64,000 bases of DNA from an uncultured Bacteroidales bacterium (GCA_964474455.1 CAYYSU010000003.1:22999-86998); one strand, 5' to 3'; positions 1-9,911 are shown, counted from the first letter of the stretch. The notes: a model not told the origin generated them from the sequence alone. Numbers and translations are program-made.

Positions 1-1
1 A

Positions 2-184
2 GAGATGGAAAACAGAGCTATTGATCTTTACTCTTCACGTGCAAAGGAAGCTAGTGATCCTGAAGAGAAGAAATTTTATAATTGGCTTGCGGACTGGGAA
101 AGAGGTCACCATCAGTTATTATATAAACTGGATCAGGAGTTGAAAAATAAGATCTGGAATGATAATAGTTTCTGGCCGTTCTAA
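2..184 (+). CDS. Ferritin-like/rubrerythrin-family protein, C-terminal fragment (5' end outside window)
   Basis: My own translation of frame 2 gives EMENRAIDLYSSRAKEASDPEEKKFYNWLADWERGHHQLLYKLDQELKNKIWNDNSFWPF*. The E...Y...A...E..H helix pattern is typical of ferritin-like di-iron proteins. Not in the ORF track. Confidence 0.7.
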   Translation, partial: EMENRAIDLYSSRAKEASDPEEKKFYNWLADWERGHHQLLYKLDQELKNKIWNDNSFWPF

Positions 185-412
185 AAGTGTAGTGTTGTAC
201 TAATGAAAAAACGTAGGGATAAACGACTGTTTGTTTCTGCGTTTTTTTTATTGATTATCAGGTAGTTGAGTCGTGATAATGATTTCATAAAGTATGTTGT
301 CTGAATACAAATCTCATACTCTTCTGTGAAGTACCTTTTACAAATAGTTTCATCTTTTCAACAATTTAGCTTTAATAGGGTTTTCAAGCCTCGTTATCTC
401 TAAAAATTATCA

Positions 413-420
413 TACATTTG
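413..420 (+). promoter_or_regulatory. Bacteroidota -7 promoter element (TACATTTG) for serC
   Basis: Matches TAnnTTTG, 51 nt upstream of the serC ATG; no clear -33 TTTG seen. Confidence 0.55.
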
Positions 421-471
421 CATTAAAATCAATATGTATTTATAAACGCATAAACCCTAAATATTATATCT

Positions 472-1551
472 ATGAGAAAGCACATCTTTAACGCAGGACC
501 ATGTATCCTATCCGAGCCTGCCCGCGAAAACACAGCAAAAGCTGTTCGTGATTTAAATGGTATTGGTATGTCCATCATGGAAGTGAGCCACAGAAGCAAA
601 GAGTTTCAGGCTATTATGGACGAAACGGTAGATCTCATGAAGGAGCTTCTTGGTGTTCCTGAAGGATATTCTGTTCTTTTCCTTGGTGGTGGAGCAAGTA
701 CACAGTTTGCAATGATTGCAGCCAACTTCTTGAAAAACAAAGGCGCGTATATTAATACAGGCACCTGGGCAACAAGAGCTATTAAGGAAGCTGAGCTTTA
801 TGGCAAGGATAAAGTAGCTGTTCTTGGCAGTTCTGAAGACAAGGGATTCTCGTATATTCCTAAAGGATATACAATCCCTGCTGATGCTGATTTCTTCCAC
901 ATTACTAGTAACAATACTATTAAAGGTACTCAGATTCGTGAAGATTATGATTCACCCGTTCCATTGTTTGCTGATATGTCATCAGATATTATGAGCCGTC
1001 CTGTAGATGTGAGCAAATATGATATGATATATGGTGGGGCACAGAAAAACCTCGGACCAGCCGGTGTTACTTTTGTGATTATCAAAGATGAGATGCTTGA
1101 AAAAGTTGTGGATCGCCCAATTCCGACAATGCTGAAGTACAGTACTCATGTCAGTAAAGGATCTATGTACAACACTCCTCCTGCAATGAATATTTTTGTT
1201 GTTGGTGAGACACTCAAATGGGTGAAATCTCAGGGTGGTGTTAAAGAGATGGAGCGCAGAGCTATTGAAAAAGCTGACCTCCTTTATGACTATATCGACC
1301 AGAGCGAAATGTTCAGAGGAACCGTTGCTAAAGAAGATCGTTCACTGATGAATATATGCTTTGTTATGGAGCCTAAATATGAGCATCTTCAGGCTGATCT
1401 GCTGGCTCATGCCGCTGCTAATAACATCTCAGGAATCAAGGGTCACAGAAGCGTTGGTGGTTTCCGCGCCAGCTGCTACAACGCACTCGAAAAAGAGAGC
1501 GTAGAATTCCTTGTTAAGGTTCTCAGAGAGTTTGAAGCTAAAAATAAGTAA
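472..1551 (+). CDS. serC: Phosphoserine aminotransferase
   Basis: FNAGP N-terminus, SHRSKEF, GGASTQF, DMSSD, PLP lysine motif [24 protein letters not shown]. Confidence 0.97.
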   Translation: MRKHIFNAGPCILSEPARENTAKAVRDLNGIGMSIMEVSHRSKEFQAIMDETVDLMKELLGVPEGYSVLFLGGGASTQFAMIAANFLKNKGAYINTGTWATRAIKEAELYGKDKVAVLGSSEDKGFSYIPKGYTIPADADFFHITSNNTIKGTQIREDYDSPVPLFADMSSDIMSRPVDVSKYDMIYGGAQKNLGPAGVTFVIIKDEMLEKVVDRPIPTMLKYSTHVSKGSMYNTPPAMNIFVVGETLKWVKSQGGVKEMERRAIEKADLLYDYIDQSEMFRGTVAKEDRSLMNICFVMEPKYEHLQADLLAHAAANNISGIKGHRSVGGFRASCYNALEKESVEFLVKVLREFEAKNK

Positions 1552-1576
1552 GATTGAAAAATCATTAAAATAATAT

Positions 1577-1624
1577 GAAGGCTCACAACGCATATTTAGT
1601 GCTGCTGTGAGTCTTCTTTTCTTT
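1577..1624 (+). terminator. Hairpin with U-rich tail between serC and serA (terminator or processing/attenuation structure)
   Basis: GAAGGCTCACA (1577-1587) pairs with TGTGAGTCTTC (1606-1616) with one G-U pair, followed by TTTTCTTT. Confidence 0.45.
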
Positions 1625-1651
1625 ATTATTTAACCCACAAAAAAATTAACA

Positions 1652-2575
1652 ATGAAAAAAATATTAGTTGCAACAGAGAAGCCTTTCGCACCGGCGGCTG
1701 TAAAAGCTATTAAAGCCGTTATTGATGGCGCTGAAGGATATGAATTATCATTACTTGAAAAATATACCGACAAAGCCCAGCTTCTGGAAGCTGTTGCTGA
1801 CGCTGATGCGATTATTATTCGTTCTGATAAAGCCACACGTGAAGTAATTGAGGCAGCAAAAAATCTTAAAGTTATCGTTCGTGCAGGTGCCGGTTTTGAC
1901 AACATAGACCTGCAGGCATGTTCGGACAATGATGTTGTGGCAATGAATACTCCCGGCCAGAACTCCAATGCCGTGGCAGAGCTTGCTCTTGGTATGATGG
2001 TTTTTATGGCTCGCAGTTTCTACAATGGAAAACCCGGTACTGAGCTGAAATGTAAAAAAGTAGGTATTCATGCTTATGGTAACGTGGGAAAAAACCTTGC
2101 TCGTATAGCAAAAGGTTTTGGCATGGAAGTATATGCTTTTGACCCGTTCATCGGAAAATCTGCTATCGAAGCGGATGGTGTTATTGCTATTGATTCCGCT
2201 GAAGAGCTGTATAAAACATGCCAATATATTTCACTGCATATCCCTGCTAACGACAAGACAAAAAAATCCATCAATAAAGAACTTCTCTCCACAATGCCCG
2301 AGAATGGTGTCTTGGTGAACACTGCACGTAAAGAGGTTATCGATGAAGAAGGAATGCTGGAGCTTATGGCCGAGCGTCCCGATTTCAAATATATTAGTGA
2401 TATTGCTCCGGATAACAAGGATGAGTTCGCAGCGAAATTTGAAGGTCGGTTTTTCTTCACTCCAAAGAAAATGGGAGCTCAAACTGCAGAGGCAAACATC
2501 AACGCCGGCGTTGCAGGTGCTAACCAGATCATCAATTTCCTCGAGAAAGGAGATACAACTTTTAAGGTAAACTAA
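1652..2575 (+). CDS. serA: D-3-phosphoglycerate dehydrogenase, short form without ACT domain (type IIIK-like)
   Basis: D-isomer 2-hydroxyacid dehydrogenase motifs (RAGAGFDNID, NTPGQNSNAVAE, G.HAYGNVG, SLHIP, NTAR); TPKKMGA where PHLGA is usual; follows serC. Confidence 0.88.
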   Translation: MKKILVATEKPFAPAAVKAIKAVIDGAEGYELSLLEKYTDKAQLLEAVADADAIIIRSDKATREVIEAAKNLKVIVRAGAGFDNIDLQACSDNDVVAMNTPGQNSNAVAELALGMMVFMARSFYNGKPGTELKCKKVGIHAYGNVGKNLARIAKGFGMEVYAFDPFIGKSAIEADGVIAIDSAEELYKTCQYISLHIPANDKTKKSINKELLSTMPENGVLVNTARKEVIDEEGMLELMAERPDFKYISDIAPDNKDEFAAKFEGRFFFTPKKMGAQTAEANINAGVAGANQIINFLEKGDTTFKVN

Positions 2576-2577
2576 TC

Positions 2578-2640
2578 GTAGGGGCAAACCCACGTGTTTG
2601 GCCCTTTTGATAGGGCGAACCCAAGTGTTCGCCCCAACAT
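2578..2640. repeat. Inverted REP-like doublet
   Basis: Plus strand 2578-2604: GTAG-GGGCAAAC-ccacgt-GTTTGGCCC. Minus strand 2640-2613: GTTG-GGGCGAAC-acttgg-GTTCGCCC. Each is a tetranucleotide foot plus a palindrome with a 6-nt loop. Confidence 0.65.
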
Positions 2641-2652
2641 AAAAAAAACATT

Positions 2653-3903
2653 ATGGCAATAATAAAACCATTTAAAGGAGTAAGACCTCCAATGGATCTG
2701 GCTGAGAAGGTTGCTTCAAGGCCTTATGATGTATTAAATTCTGATGAAGCCCGCGCAGAAGCTCAAGGGAATCCATACACCCTGCTTCATATCACGAAAG
2801 CTGAGATTGACCTTGAAGCCGGAATCGACGAGCATACAGAGCCTGTTTATCAGAAATCTGTTGACAACTATAAGATGTTCAAAAAGAACAACTGGCTGGT
2901 ACAGGATGAGAAAGAGAAGTATTACATCTATGCTCAAACCATGGACGGCCGCACTCAGTATGGCCTTGTAGCTGCTGCCAGCACCCAGGATTATCTCGAC
3001 GGAGTGATTAAAAAGCATGAGCTTACACGCCCTGAAAAAGAGGAAGACAGAATGATAAATGTTCGTCGTAACAATGCGAACATCGAGCCTGTATTTTTTA
3101 CATATCCTGCTAATGATAAAATTGATGATATCGTAAATGATATTATTCGTGATAACGAACCGGTTTATGACTTTACTGCTGATGAAGGTTTTGGACATCA
3201 TTTCTGGGTTATTGAAGACGACGCCACTATCGCTGAGATCACGCGCATATTCAAGGAAGAGATTCCCGCAACGTATGTTGCAGATGGCCACCACCGTACT
3301 GCTGCTGCTGCACGTGTTGGCTTAGAGAAGAAAGAGAAAAATCCTGCGCACACCGGTGATGAGGAGTACAATTACTTTCTGGCAGTTCATTTCCCTGACG
3401 ATCAACTTAAGATTATCGATTATAACCGAGTATTGAAGGATCTTAACGGAATGACTCCAGAGGACCTCGTTGAGAAGCTTAGTGAATCTTTCGTTGTTGA
3501 GGAGATGGGTGCTGAGATCTACAAGCCTGAGAAGTTGCATGTCTTCAGCATGTATCTGGAAGGAAAATGGTATAAAATGACAGCAAAAGAAGGCACATAC
3601 AACGACAATGACCCCATCGGGGTTCTGGACGTAACAATCCTTTCAAACCTTGTTCTCGATAAACTTTTCGACATCAAAGATCTTCGTACCAGCAATCGCA
3701 TTGATTTCGTTGGTGGTATCCGTGGTCTTGGTGAGTTGAGTAAACGCGTTGACAGCGGTGAGATGAAGGTTGCTTTTGCCCTCTATCCTGTTTCCATGCA
3801 ACAACTCATTGATATTGCCGACACCGGCAACATCATGCCTCCTAAGACTACCTGGTTCGAGCCTAAGCTCCGCAGTGGTCTTGTGATTCATGAACTGGAC
3901 TAA
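2653..3903 (+). CDS. DUF1015 family protein
   Basis: IKPFKGVRP start, SRPYDV, KKHELTRPEKEEDR, YVADGHHR, IMPPKTTWFEPKLRSGL end; third gene of the ser cluster. Confidence 0.92.
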   Translation: MAIIKPFKGVRPPMDLAEKVASRPYDVLNSDEARAEAQGNPYTLLHITKAEIDLEAGIDEHTEPVYQKSVDNYKMFKKNNWLVQDEKEKYYIYAQTMDGRTQYGLVAAASTQDYLDGVIKKHELTRPEKEEDRMINVRRNNANIEPVFFTYPANDKIDDIVNDIIRDNEPVYDFTADEGFGHHFWVIEDDATIAEITRIFKEEIPATYVADGHHRTAAAARVGLEKKEKNPAHTGDEEYNYFLAVHFPDDQLKIIDYNRVLKDLNGMTPEDLVEKLSESFVVEEMGAEIYKPEKLHVFSMYLEGKWYKMTAKEGTYNDNDPIGVLDVTILSNLVLDKLFDIKDLRTSNRIDFVGGIRGLGELSKRVDSGEMKVAFALYPVSMQQLIDIADTGNIMPPKTTWFEPKLRSGLVIHELD

Positions 3904-3922
3904 CATCCAAATCCATTCATAT

Positions 3923-3952
3923 AAAAGCCTGGTTATAACCGGGCTTTTTTTT
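3923..3952 (+). terminator. Rho-independent terminator after the ser cluster
   Basis: AAAAGCCTGGT-TATA-ACCGGGCTTTTTTTT stem-loop with a T-run. Confidence 0.85.
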
Positions 3953-4053
3953 GCTGTGCTGTTTTCCATCCCAACTCACAAATAAAAAAGACACCCTATG
4001 TATTGGAATCAGGGTTGATTTGCCTATTTTTGATTAATTAAAAATATAACATC

Positions 4054-6393
4054 ATGAAAAAAACCGGAATTTTACCTGCCATTTTACTGATTACATCTAT
4101 TCTGTTTCTGTCAGGATGCTCACAACCCGAGCCAGTTGATATTACACCTAAGCCACAGACAAATATTGCCAAATCGGGATCCTTTGATATTAATAATGAT
4201 ACCAAAATTTCCTACGACATAAGTAATGAGGAGCTGGGGAATGCTGTCAGATGGTTCCGGGAATTTATCAAAAATGGTTCCGGCATTGACCTTTTGGTGG
4301 AAGATGCAGAGGCTCTGAAATCTTCATCAAACACTGTAATTATTAACCTGAACTCTTTGGATGAAAACGATGAAGGGTATAAACTAAATATAAACAAAAG
4401 CAAGATTTCCATAGATGCAAATTCTGTTGCAGGGATATTCTATGCATTTCAGACTTTGCGTCAGATGATGCCCAATGAGATAGAAGTGTCGGGTGCGATG
4501 AATAGTATATCTGTTCAGTGCTCGGAGATCAGTGATGCTCCTGAGTACAGCTGGCGCGGTATGCACTTGGATGTGAGCCGTCATTTTTTCCCTATGGAGT
4601 TTGTAAAAAAGTATATCGATCTTATTGCATTTCACAAGATGAACGTTTTTCATTGGCATCTGACTGATGATAACGGATGGCGCGTGGAGATAAAGAAGTA
4701 CCCACAACTTCAGGAGGTTGCTGCCTGGCGCGTAGAGCGTGAGTGGTTGGATAAAACGCCGCCGCGCAAGGGCGAAGAGGCAACGTATGGCGGTTATTAT
4801 ACTCAGGAAGAGATAAAAGAGGTTGTCGCTTATGCGGCACAGCGTCAGATAATGGTAATCCCTGAGATTGAAATGCCGGGACATACCTGCGAGGTTCTTG
4901 CGGCTTATCCTGAGCTTGGTTGTACCGGCGGCCCCTATTACGTTCAGCCCGGAACATATTGGCCCAATGACGATATATTTTGTGCCGGTAATGAGAAGGT
5001 CTTTGAATTCCTGGAGGATGTGCTCGACGAGGTCATGACGCTATTCCCTGCGCCATATATTCATATCGGTGGCGATGAGGCAACGAAAACAGAGTGGGAA
5101 CAATGCCCCAAATGCCAAAAACGTATTAAAGACGAAGGGCTTGCCAATGTGGAAGAGCTACAGAGCTACTTTGTAAAACGTATGGAGAAGTATCTCAATG
5201 CCAATGGAAGGCAGCTTATTGGTTGGGATGAGATTCTGGAAGGCGGATTGGCGCCGGAGGCTACCGTAATGTCATGGAGAGGTCAGGAAGGTGGCATAGC
5301 AGCGGCAAAATCAGGTCATGACGCCATTATGTGTCCTGTTTCGCACTGTTACTTTGATTACTACCAGGCTGACCCTGAATTCCAGCCCGCTGCAATCGGA
5401 GGTTTCACTACTCTGAAAAAGGTTTACTCCTTTAACCCTACGCCCGCAGAACTCAACCCGGAGGAGACAAAGCATATTCTGGGCGGCCAAGGAAACCTGT
5501 GGACTGAATGGATTGCTACACCGGAACATGCAGAATATATGGTTGTTCCAAGAATGACAGCGCTGGCAGAAAAACTGTGGACAGAGGAAAAACTTTGTGA
5601 CTGGTATGATTTTAGAAATCGCCTTGAAAATCTTTTCATAAGATTCGATTTAATGGATGTTAATTACTGCAAGGGATCGTTTAATGTAGATGCCGAAACA
5701 CATTATGTTCCAGATAATAACTATTTTAAAGTTACGCTGTCAACGGAGGCGTTATCAGATGCCATTTATTACACTCTCGACAATAGAATCCCGGATAGTA
5801 ATTCGCTCAAATATGAGCATCCACTGGAGATAAGCAAGTCCTGTACTATTAATGCCGTAGCCTATAAAGATGGTGTTAAACAGGAGAAACACAGTTCTAC
5901 ACGTATTGCATTGCACAAAGGTATTGGCAAGAGTGCGCAATTGACACACAGTCCTGCTGAAAAATACAATTGCAACGGTACTCAAACGCTTTTAAACGGG
6001 CTGTTTGGATCACGTCGACATGCAGATGGTCAGTGGTTGGGCTTCAGCGGAGACGACCTGGAGATGATAATAGATCTGGAGAAAGACGGATATGTAAATA
6101 AAGTACAAGTAAATGCATTAGCGGCGCCCGGAATATGGATATTTCTTCCTGATGAAGTCAGTGTTTATATATCATCTGACAATCAGGATTTTAGATTTAT
6201 AGGCAGCACCGGGCATACTATTAATCATCAGTTATGTGATGTTGAGATCGTTCCCTTTGTTGTTAACACAGAATCCGTTTCCGGCCGCTACTTAAAGGTT
6301 ATAGCTAAGAATGTCGGTGTGCTTCCTGAATGGCATTCAGGTGCTGAGAATCCCTCATGGTTATTTGTTGATGAAGTGATTATTGAAGAGTGA
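4054..6393 (+). CDS. Beta-N-acetylhexosaminidase (GH20) lipoprotein with C-terminal accessory domains
   Basis: Lipobox LSGC; WRGMHLDVSRHFF, FHWHLTDD.GWR, PEIEMPGH, catalytic HIGGDEA, GWDEIL, GGQGNLWTE, PRMTALAE; C-terminal CHB_HEX_C/F5-8-like region. Confidence 0.93.
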   Translation: MKKTGILPAILLITSILFLSGCSQPEPVDITPKPQTNIAKSGSFDINNDTKISYDISNEELGNAVRWFREFIKNGSGIDLLVEDAEALKSSSNTVIINLNSLDENDEGYKLNINKSKISIDANSVAGIFYAFQTLRQMMPNEIEVSGAMNSISVQCSEISDAPEYSWRGMHLDVSRHFFPMEFVKKYIDLIAFHKMNVFHWHLTDDNGWRVEIKKYPQLQEVAAWRVEREWLDKTPPRKGEEATYGGYYTQEEIKEVVAYAAQRQIMVIPEIEMPGHTCEVLAAYPELGCTGGPYYVQPGTYWPNDDIFCAGNEKVFEFLEDVLDEVMTLFPAPYIHIGGDEATKTEWEQCPKCQKRIKDEGLANVEELQSYFVKRMEKYLNANGRQLIGWDEILEGGLAPEATVMSWRGQEGGIAAAKSGHDAIMCPVSHCYFDYYQADPEFQPAAIGGFTTLKKVYSFNPTPAELNPEETKHILGGQGNLWTEWIATPEHAEYMVVPRMTALAEKLWTEEKLCDWYDFRNRLENLFIRFDLMDVNYCKGSFNVDAETHYVPDNNYFKVTLSTEALSDAIYYTLDNRIPDSNSLKYEHPLEISKSCTINAVAYKDGVKQEKHSSTRIALHKGIGKSAQLTHSPAEKYNCNGTQTLLNGLFGSRRHADGQWLGFSGDDLEMIIDLEKDGYVNKVQVNALAAPGIWIFLPDEVSVYISSDNQDFRFIGSTGHTINHQLCDVEIVPFVVNTESVSGRYLKVIAKNVGVLPEWHSGAENPSWLFVDEVIIEE

Positions 6394-7145
6394 TGGGCGG
6401 AAAAATTCAGATAGAGATATGTGCTAACTCGGTTTTTTCTGCCATTGAAGCTGAAAAAGGGGGAGCCTTTCGTGTGGAGCTATGTGAGAATATTCCAGAA
6501 GGAGGTACAACACCTTCTGCCGGAACTATTGTTATCGCAAGGAAGAAGCTCTCCATTAAACTTAACGTAATAATTCGCCCTCGTGGTGGAGATTTCCTAT
6601 ATTCTGATGAAGAGTATGAGATTATGAAGCAGGATATTCTGTTTTGTAAAGAGGTTGGTGTTAATGGTGTAGTATTCGGGATATTGGATAAAAACGGCAA
6701 CGTGGATATCCAACGTAACATTGATTTGGTAGAGCTTTCCAGACCTATGAGTACCACCTTTCACCGTGCATTTGACGTAACGGCAGATCACGAAAAAGCC
6801 CTGGAGGATATCATAAATATCGGTTTTGACACTATCCTGACCTCCGGGGGGTCCTTGAAAGCACCAGACGGTGTTGATATCATCAAACAGATGGTTGAAA
6901 AAGCGAAAGGTCGTATTGACATAATGCCGGGAAGTGGAATTAATCGAGATAATATTGTTGAAATGGTAAAAATTACCGGAGCCAACACCTTTCATTTTTC
7001 AGCCCGACGCCCCTACCCTTCACAGATGCTCTACAGAACACAGCTACCAATGGGAAGTCTTTCTACTGATGAAGAGTGGAATAGGAGATATACATCTGCG
7101 AAGATTGTTAGCGAAGTTTTAAGGGTTGCAAATGACCGATCATAG
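6393..7145 (+). CDS. cutC: CutC family protein (TIM barrel, annotated 'copper homeostasis')
   Basis: IEICANSV.SA..AEKGGA.RVELC, EGGTTPS, IIRPRGGDFLY, TFHRAFD, ILTSGG, IMPGSG. The ATG at 6393 overlaps the GH20 TGA (TGATG); the ORF track starts at GTG 6390. Confidence 0.92.
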   Translation: MGGKIQIEICANSVFSAIEAEKGGAFRVELCENIPEGGTTPSAGTIVIARKKLSIKLNVIIRPRGGDFLYSDEEYEIMKQDILFCKEVGVNGVVFGILDKNGNVDIQRNIDLVELSRPMSTTFHRAFDVTADHEKALEDIINIGFDTILTSGGSLKAPDGVDIIKQMVEKAKGRIDIMPGSGINRDNIVEMVKITGANTFHFSARRPYPSQMLYRTQLPMGSLSTDEEWNRRYTSAKIVSEVLRVANDRS

Positions 7146-7794
7146 AGCGATACAATATGTGGATGTCCATTCTCATAAGAAAAATGATGAGGGGAATGTG
7201 ATTCGTATTCATAATGTATTGCTTCACGAGTATAACCCAAAAGCACTTATTGATGGTAGTTTATATTCGGTTGGTATTCATCCGTGGTATATTAATTTCA
7301 CCGACGAGATGCCGGGATCAGCTGTCTTTTCCGATGAGAGAATAATTGCTATTGGTGAAACAGGACTGGATAAACTCCGAGGCCCTGATTTAAGTATACA
7401 GGAGCGGGTATTCCTTCATCACATTGAGCTTTCGGAAACACTTAAAAAACCTTTGATCATTCATAATGTAAGGATGACACACCGAATTCTCAGGATACAT
7501 AAAGAGGTAAAACCGGGACAGCCCTGGATTTTGCATGGATTTACAGGAAACGTTGAACAGGCAAAGCAATTGTTGAGTTATAACATATATTTCAGTTTTG
7601 GTGCAAGGGTGCTGAATAGCAGAAAGAGCATTGAGGCGTTTCGATTGATTCCTTTAAACAGGATTTTTATTGAGACCGATGAGGGGGAAATGAAAATCCA
7701 GGAGCTTTATGAGACATTTAGTACTATATTTTTGAAAAAAAAGGATCTCCTGTCAGAGGTTATTTTAAATACATTTCAAATGGTTTTTTATTAG
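7126..7794 (+). CDS. TatD family metal-dependent hydrolase/DNase
   Basis: DVHSH, YSVGIHPW, AIGETGLD, IIH, LHGF, YFSFG, FIETD; exact start uncertain. Confidence 0.88.
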   Translation: MQMTDHRAIQYVDVHSHKKNDEGNVIRIHNVLLHEYNPKALIDGSLYSVGIHPWYINFTDEMPGSAVFSDERIIAIGETGLDKLRGPDLSIQERVFLHHIELSETLKKPLIIHNVRMTHRILRIHKEVKPGQPWILHGFTGNVEQAKQLLSYNIYFSFGARVLNSRKSIEAFRLIPLNRIFIETDEGEMKIQELYETFSTIFLKKKDLLSEVILNTFQMVFY

Positions 7795-7854
7795 TTTTCT
7801 TAGCACCAGCATATTTGTAATATATTTCCTTATTTTTGCCAAAAACCAAAAACA

Positions 7855-8754
7855 ATGAAACCAACATTAGTGATATTAGCTGCCGGTATTGGCTCAAGAT
7901 ATGGCTCTGTAAAACAGCTTGATAAAATGGGTCCTTCTGGCGAAACGATTCTCGACTACTCTGCTTATGATGCGATGCGTGCCGGATTTGGAAAGATAGT
8001 GTTTGTTATACGTCGTAATATTGAGAAAGATTTCAGGGAGCATGTAATATCAAAGATAGAGAGTCATATTCCTTGTGAAGTAGTATTTCAGGAGCTGCAG
8101 AATGTACCTGATGGCATTGAAGTTAATCCCCGGCGTGAAAAGCCGTGGGGCACTGCTCATGCTGTTTTAGTTGCAAGAGATGTTGTGAAAGAGAATTTTG
8201 CAGTAATAAACGCAGATGATTTTTATGGTTATGATGCTTTTAAAACCATGGCTACTCATCTCTGTGTATTTAAAGATGCAGAATACTCCATGGTAGGTTA
8301 TCCGATTCAAAAAACCCTTTCAGACCATGGTTCTGTTTCGAGGGGCGTTTGTAGTATTGACAGCCGGGGATATCTGGATGGCATTGTGGAGCGCACAAAG
8401 ATCATCCGCGACGGCGAAACAGTGAAATACGAGAATGAAAAAGCTCTGATGCAACCATTGACCGGCCAGGAGACTGTTTCAATGAATTTTTGGGGTTTTA
8501 CACCTGACATTTTCAACTTCATAGAGGAGCAGTTTCGCAAATTCATAGCTGAGGCGTCCGGGGATTTGAAATCGGAGATATATATACCATTTGTAGTTGA
8601 TGAACTCATACAAAAGGGTGTTCGTAGGGTGCGTGTTCTTGCTACCACCGCGGAGTGGTTTGGCATAACATATAAAGAGGATAAGGCTGCTGCTGTTGAG
8701 CGGCTGAAAGCACTGGCTCAAGCAGGAGACTATCCAATGACACTATGGGAGTAA
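7855..8754 (+). CDS. Sugar-phosphate nucleotidyltransferase (NTP_transferase family)
   Basis: VILAAGIGSRYG.VKQLD, REKPWGTAHAVL, INADDFYG, VSMNFWGF, WFGITYKED. Confidence 0.85.
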   Translation: MKPTLVILAAGIGSRYGSVKQLDKMGPSGETILDYSAYDAMRAGFGKIVFVIRRNIEKDFREHVISKIESHIPCEVVFQELQNVPDGIEVNPRREKPWGTAHAVLVARDVVKENFAVINADDFYGYDAFKTMATHLCVFKDAEYSMVGYPIQKTLSDHGSVSRGVCSIDSRGYLDGIVERTKIIRDGETVKYENEKALMQPLTGQETVSMNFWGFTPDIFNFIEEQFRKFIAEASGDLKSEIYIPFVVDELIQKGVRRVRVLATTAEWFGITYKEDKAAAVERLKALAQAGDYPMTLWE

Positions 8755-8951
8755 TAATGTTCTTATGGTGCTGTTCAGGCAGGTTACACCATGTATTGTG
8801 TAAATTCCCGGACGATATTTTTCAAGGTTGATTTCGTAAGTGCAAACTGATCGGTGGGTATGAAACTTATATATAATAGTTATTCCATATTTCAACTCCC
8901 TGCGCATCCATTTTTCGTAGTAAAAAAATTACCGGATATCTATGATTTTGA

Positions 8952-9911
8952 TTAGTGTGGATATGTAGCTTTCACTATCTGTCTGATATTTTTTGTCATT
9001 CCCAGGGAGAAGAAATGAATTCCCGGCACTCCGTGTTTCAGAAGATCGTTAACCTGTTCGATGGTGTACTTTGTTCCTATCATTTGGGCTTCGTCATTGG
9101 ATACGCAGTCACGAATGTCGTTACACAATTCTGATGGCAAATCAATGTTAAATGTACGAGGTAAGAGATCCACGTCATTGCGCATTGTGATTGGCTTTAT
9201 GCCTGGTATAATCGGTACTTTGATACCTATTTTACGACAGTTTCTTTCAAATTCGTAAAACTTCTCATTAATAAAGAACATCTGCGTCACGATATAATCT
9301 GCTCCGGCGTCGATTTTTTTTTTCAGATGCATAAGATCGGTTTCCATGTTGGGAGCTTCAAGATGTTTTTCGGGATATCCGGCAACGCCAATACAGAAAT
9401 CTGCAGCATCAGGGTTTTTGATATTAGGATCCAAATATATTCCATCGTTCATGGCCTTTATCTGGCTCACCATTTCCGAGGCGTAGCGATGACCATCTTT
9501 CTCCGGCATGAAGAGCTTTTTGCCTGCGGGAGGATCGCCGCGTAAAGCAAATACATTTTTTAATCCCAGGAAGTTAAGTTCTATGAGAGCATCTTCTGTC
9601 TCCTCTTTGGAAAAGCCACCACAGATAAGATGCGGAACAACAGTGATGTTGTGTTTGTACATTACTGCGGCTGAAAGTCCTATTGTCCCGGGGCGCTTGG
9701 TGACGATACAACGCTCCATTAATCCGTCTTCTCTCTCACGGTACACAATCTCTTTCTGATGTGTTGTGAAGTTAATATATGCCGGTTTCAAGTCAACAAT
9801 ATTATGCAATGCCTTATCAATTTTTGCCATTGAGTGACCTTTTAGCGGAGGGAGAAATTCCACGGCAAAAAAGGGCTTTTCAACCTTATTAATAATATCT
9901 GTAACTTTCAT
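8952..9911 (-). CDS. metF: 5,10-methylenetetrahydrofolate reductase
   Basis: EFLPPLKG, RPGTIG, VPHLICGG, FALRGDPP, GVAGYPEKH, KKKIDAGADYIVTQMFF, GIHFFSLG; directly after metH. Confidence 0.93.
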   Translation of the reverse strand: MKVTDIINKVEKPFFAVEFLPPLKGHSMAKIDKALHNIVDLKPAYINFTTHQKEIVYREREDGLMERCIVTKRPGTIGLSAAVMYKHNITVVPHLICGGFSKEETEDALIELNFLGLKNVFALRGDPPAGKKLFMPEKDGHRYASEMVSQIKAMNDGIYLDPNIKNPDAADFCIGVAGYPEKHLEAPNMETDLMHLKKKIDAGADYIVTQMFFINEKFYEFERNCRKIGIKVPIIPGIKPITMRNDVDLLPRTFNIDLPSELCNDIRDCVSNDEAQMIGTKYTIEQVNDLLKHGVPGIHFFSLGMTKNIRQIVKATYPH

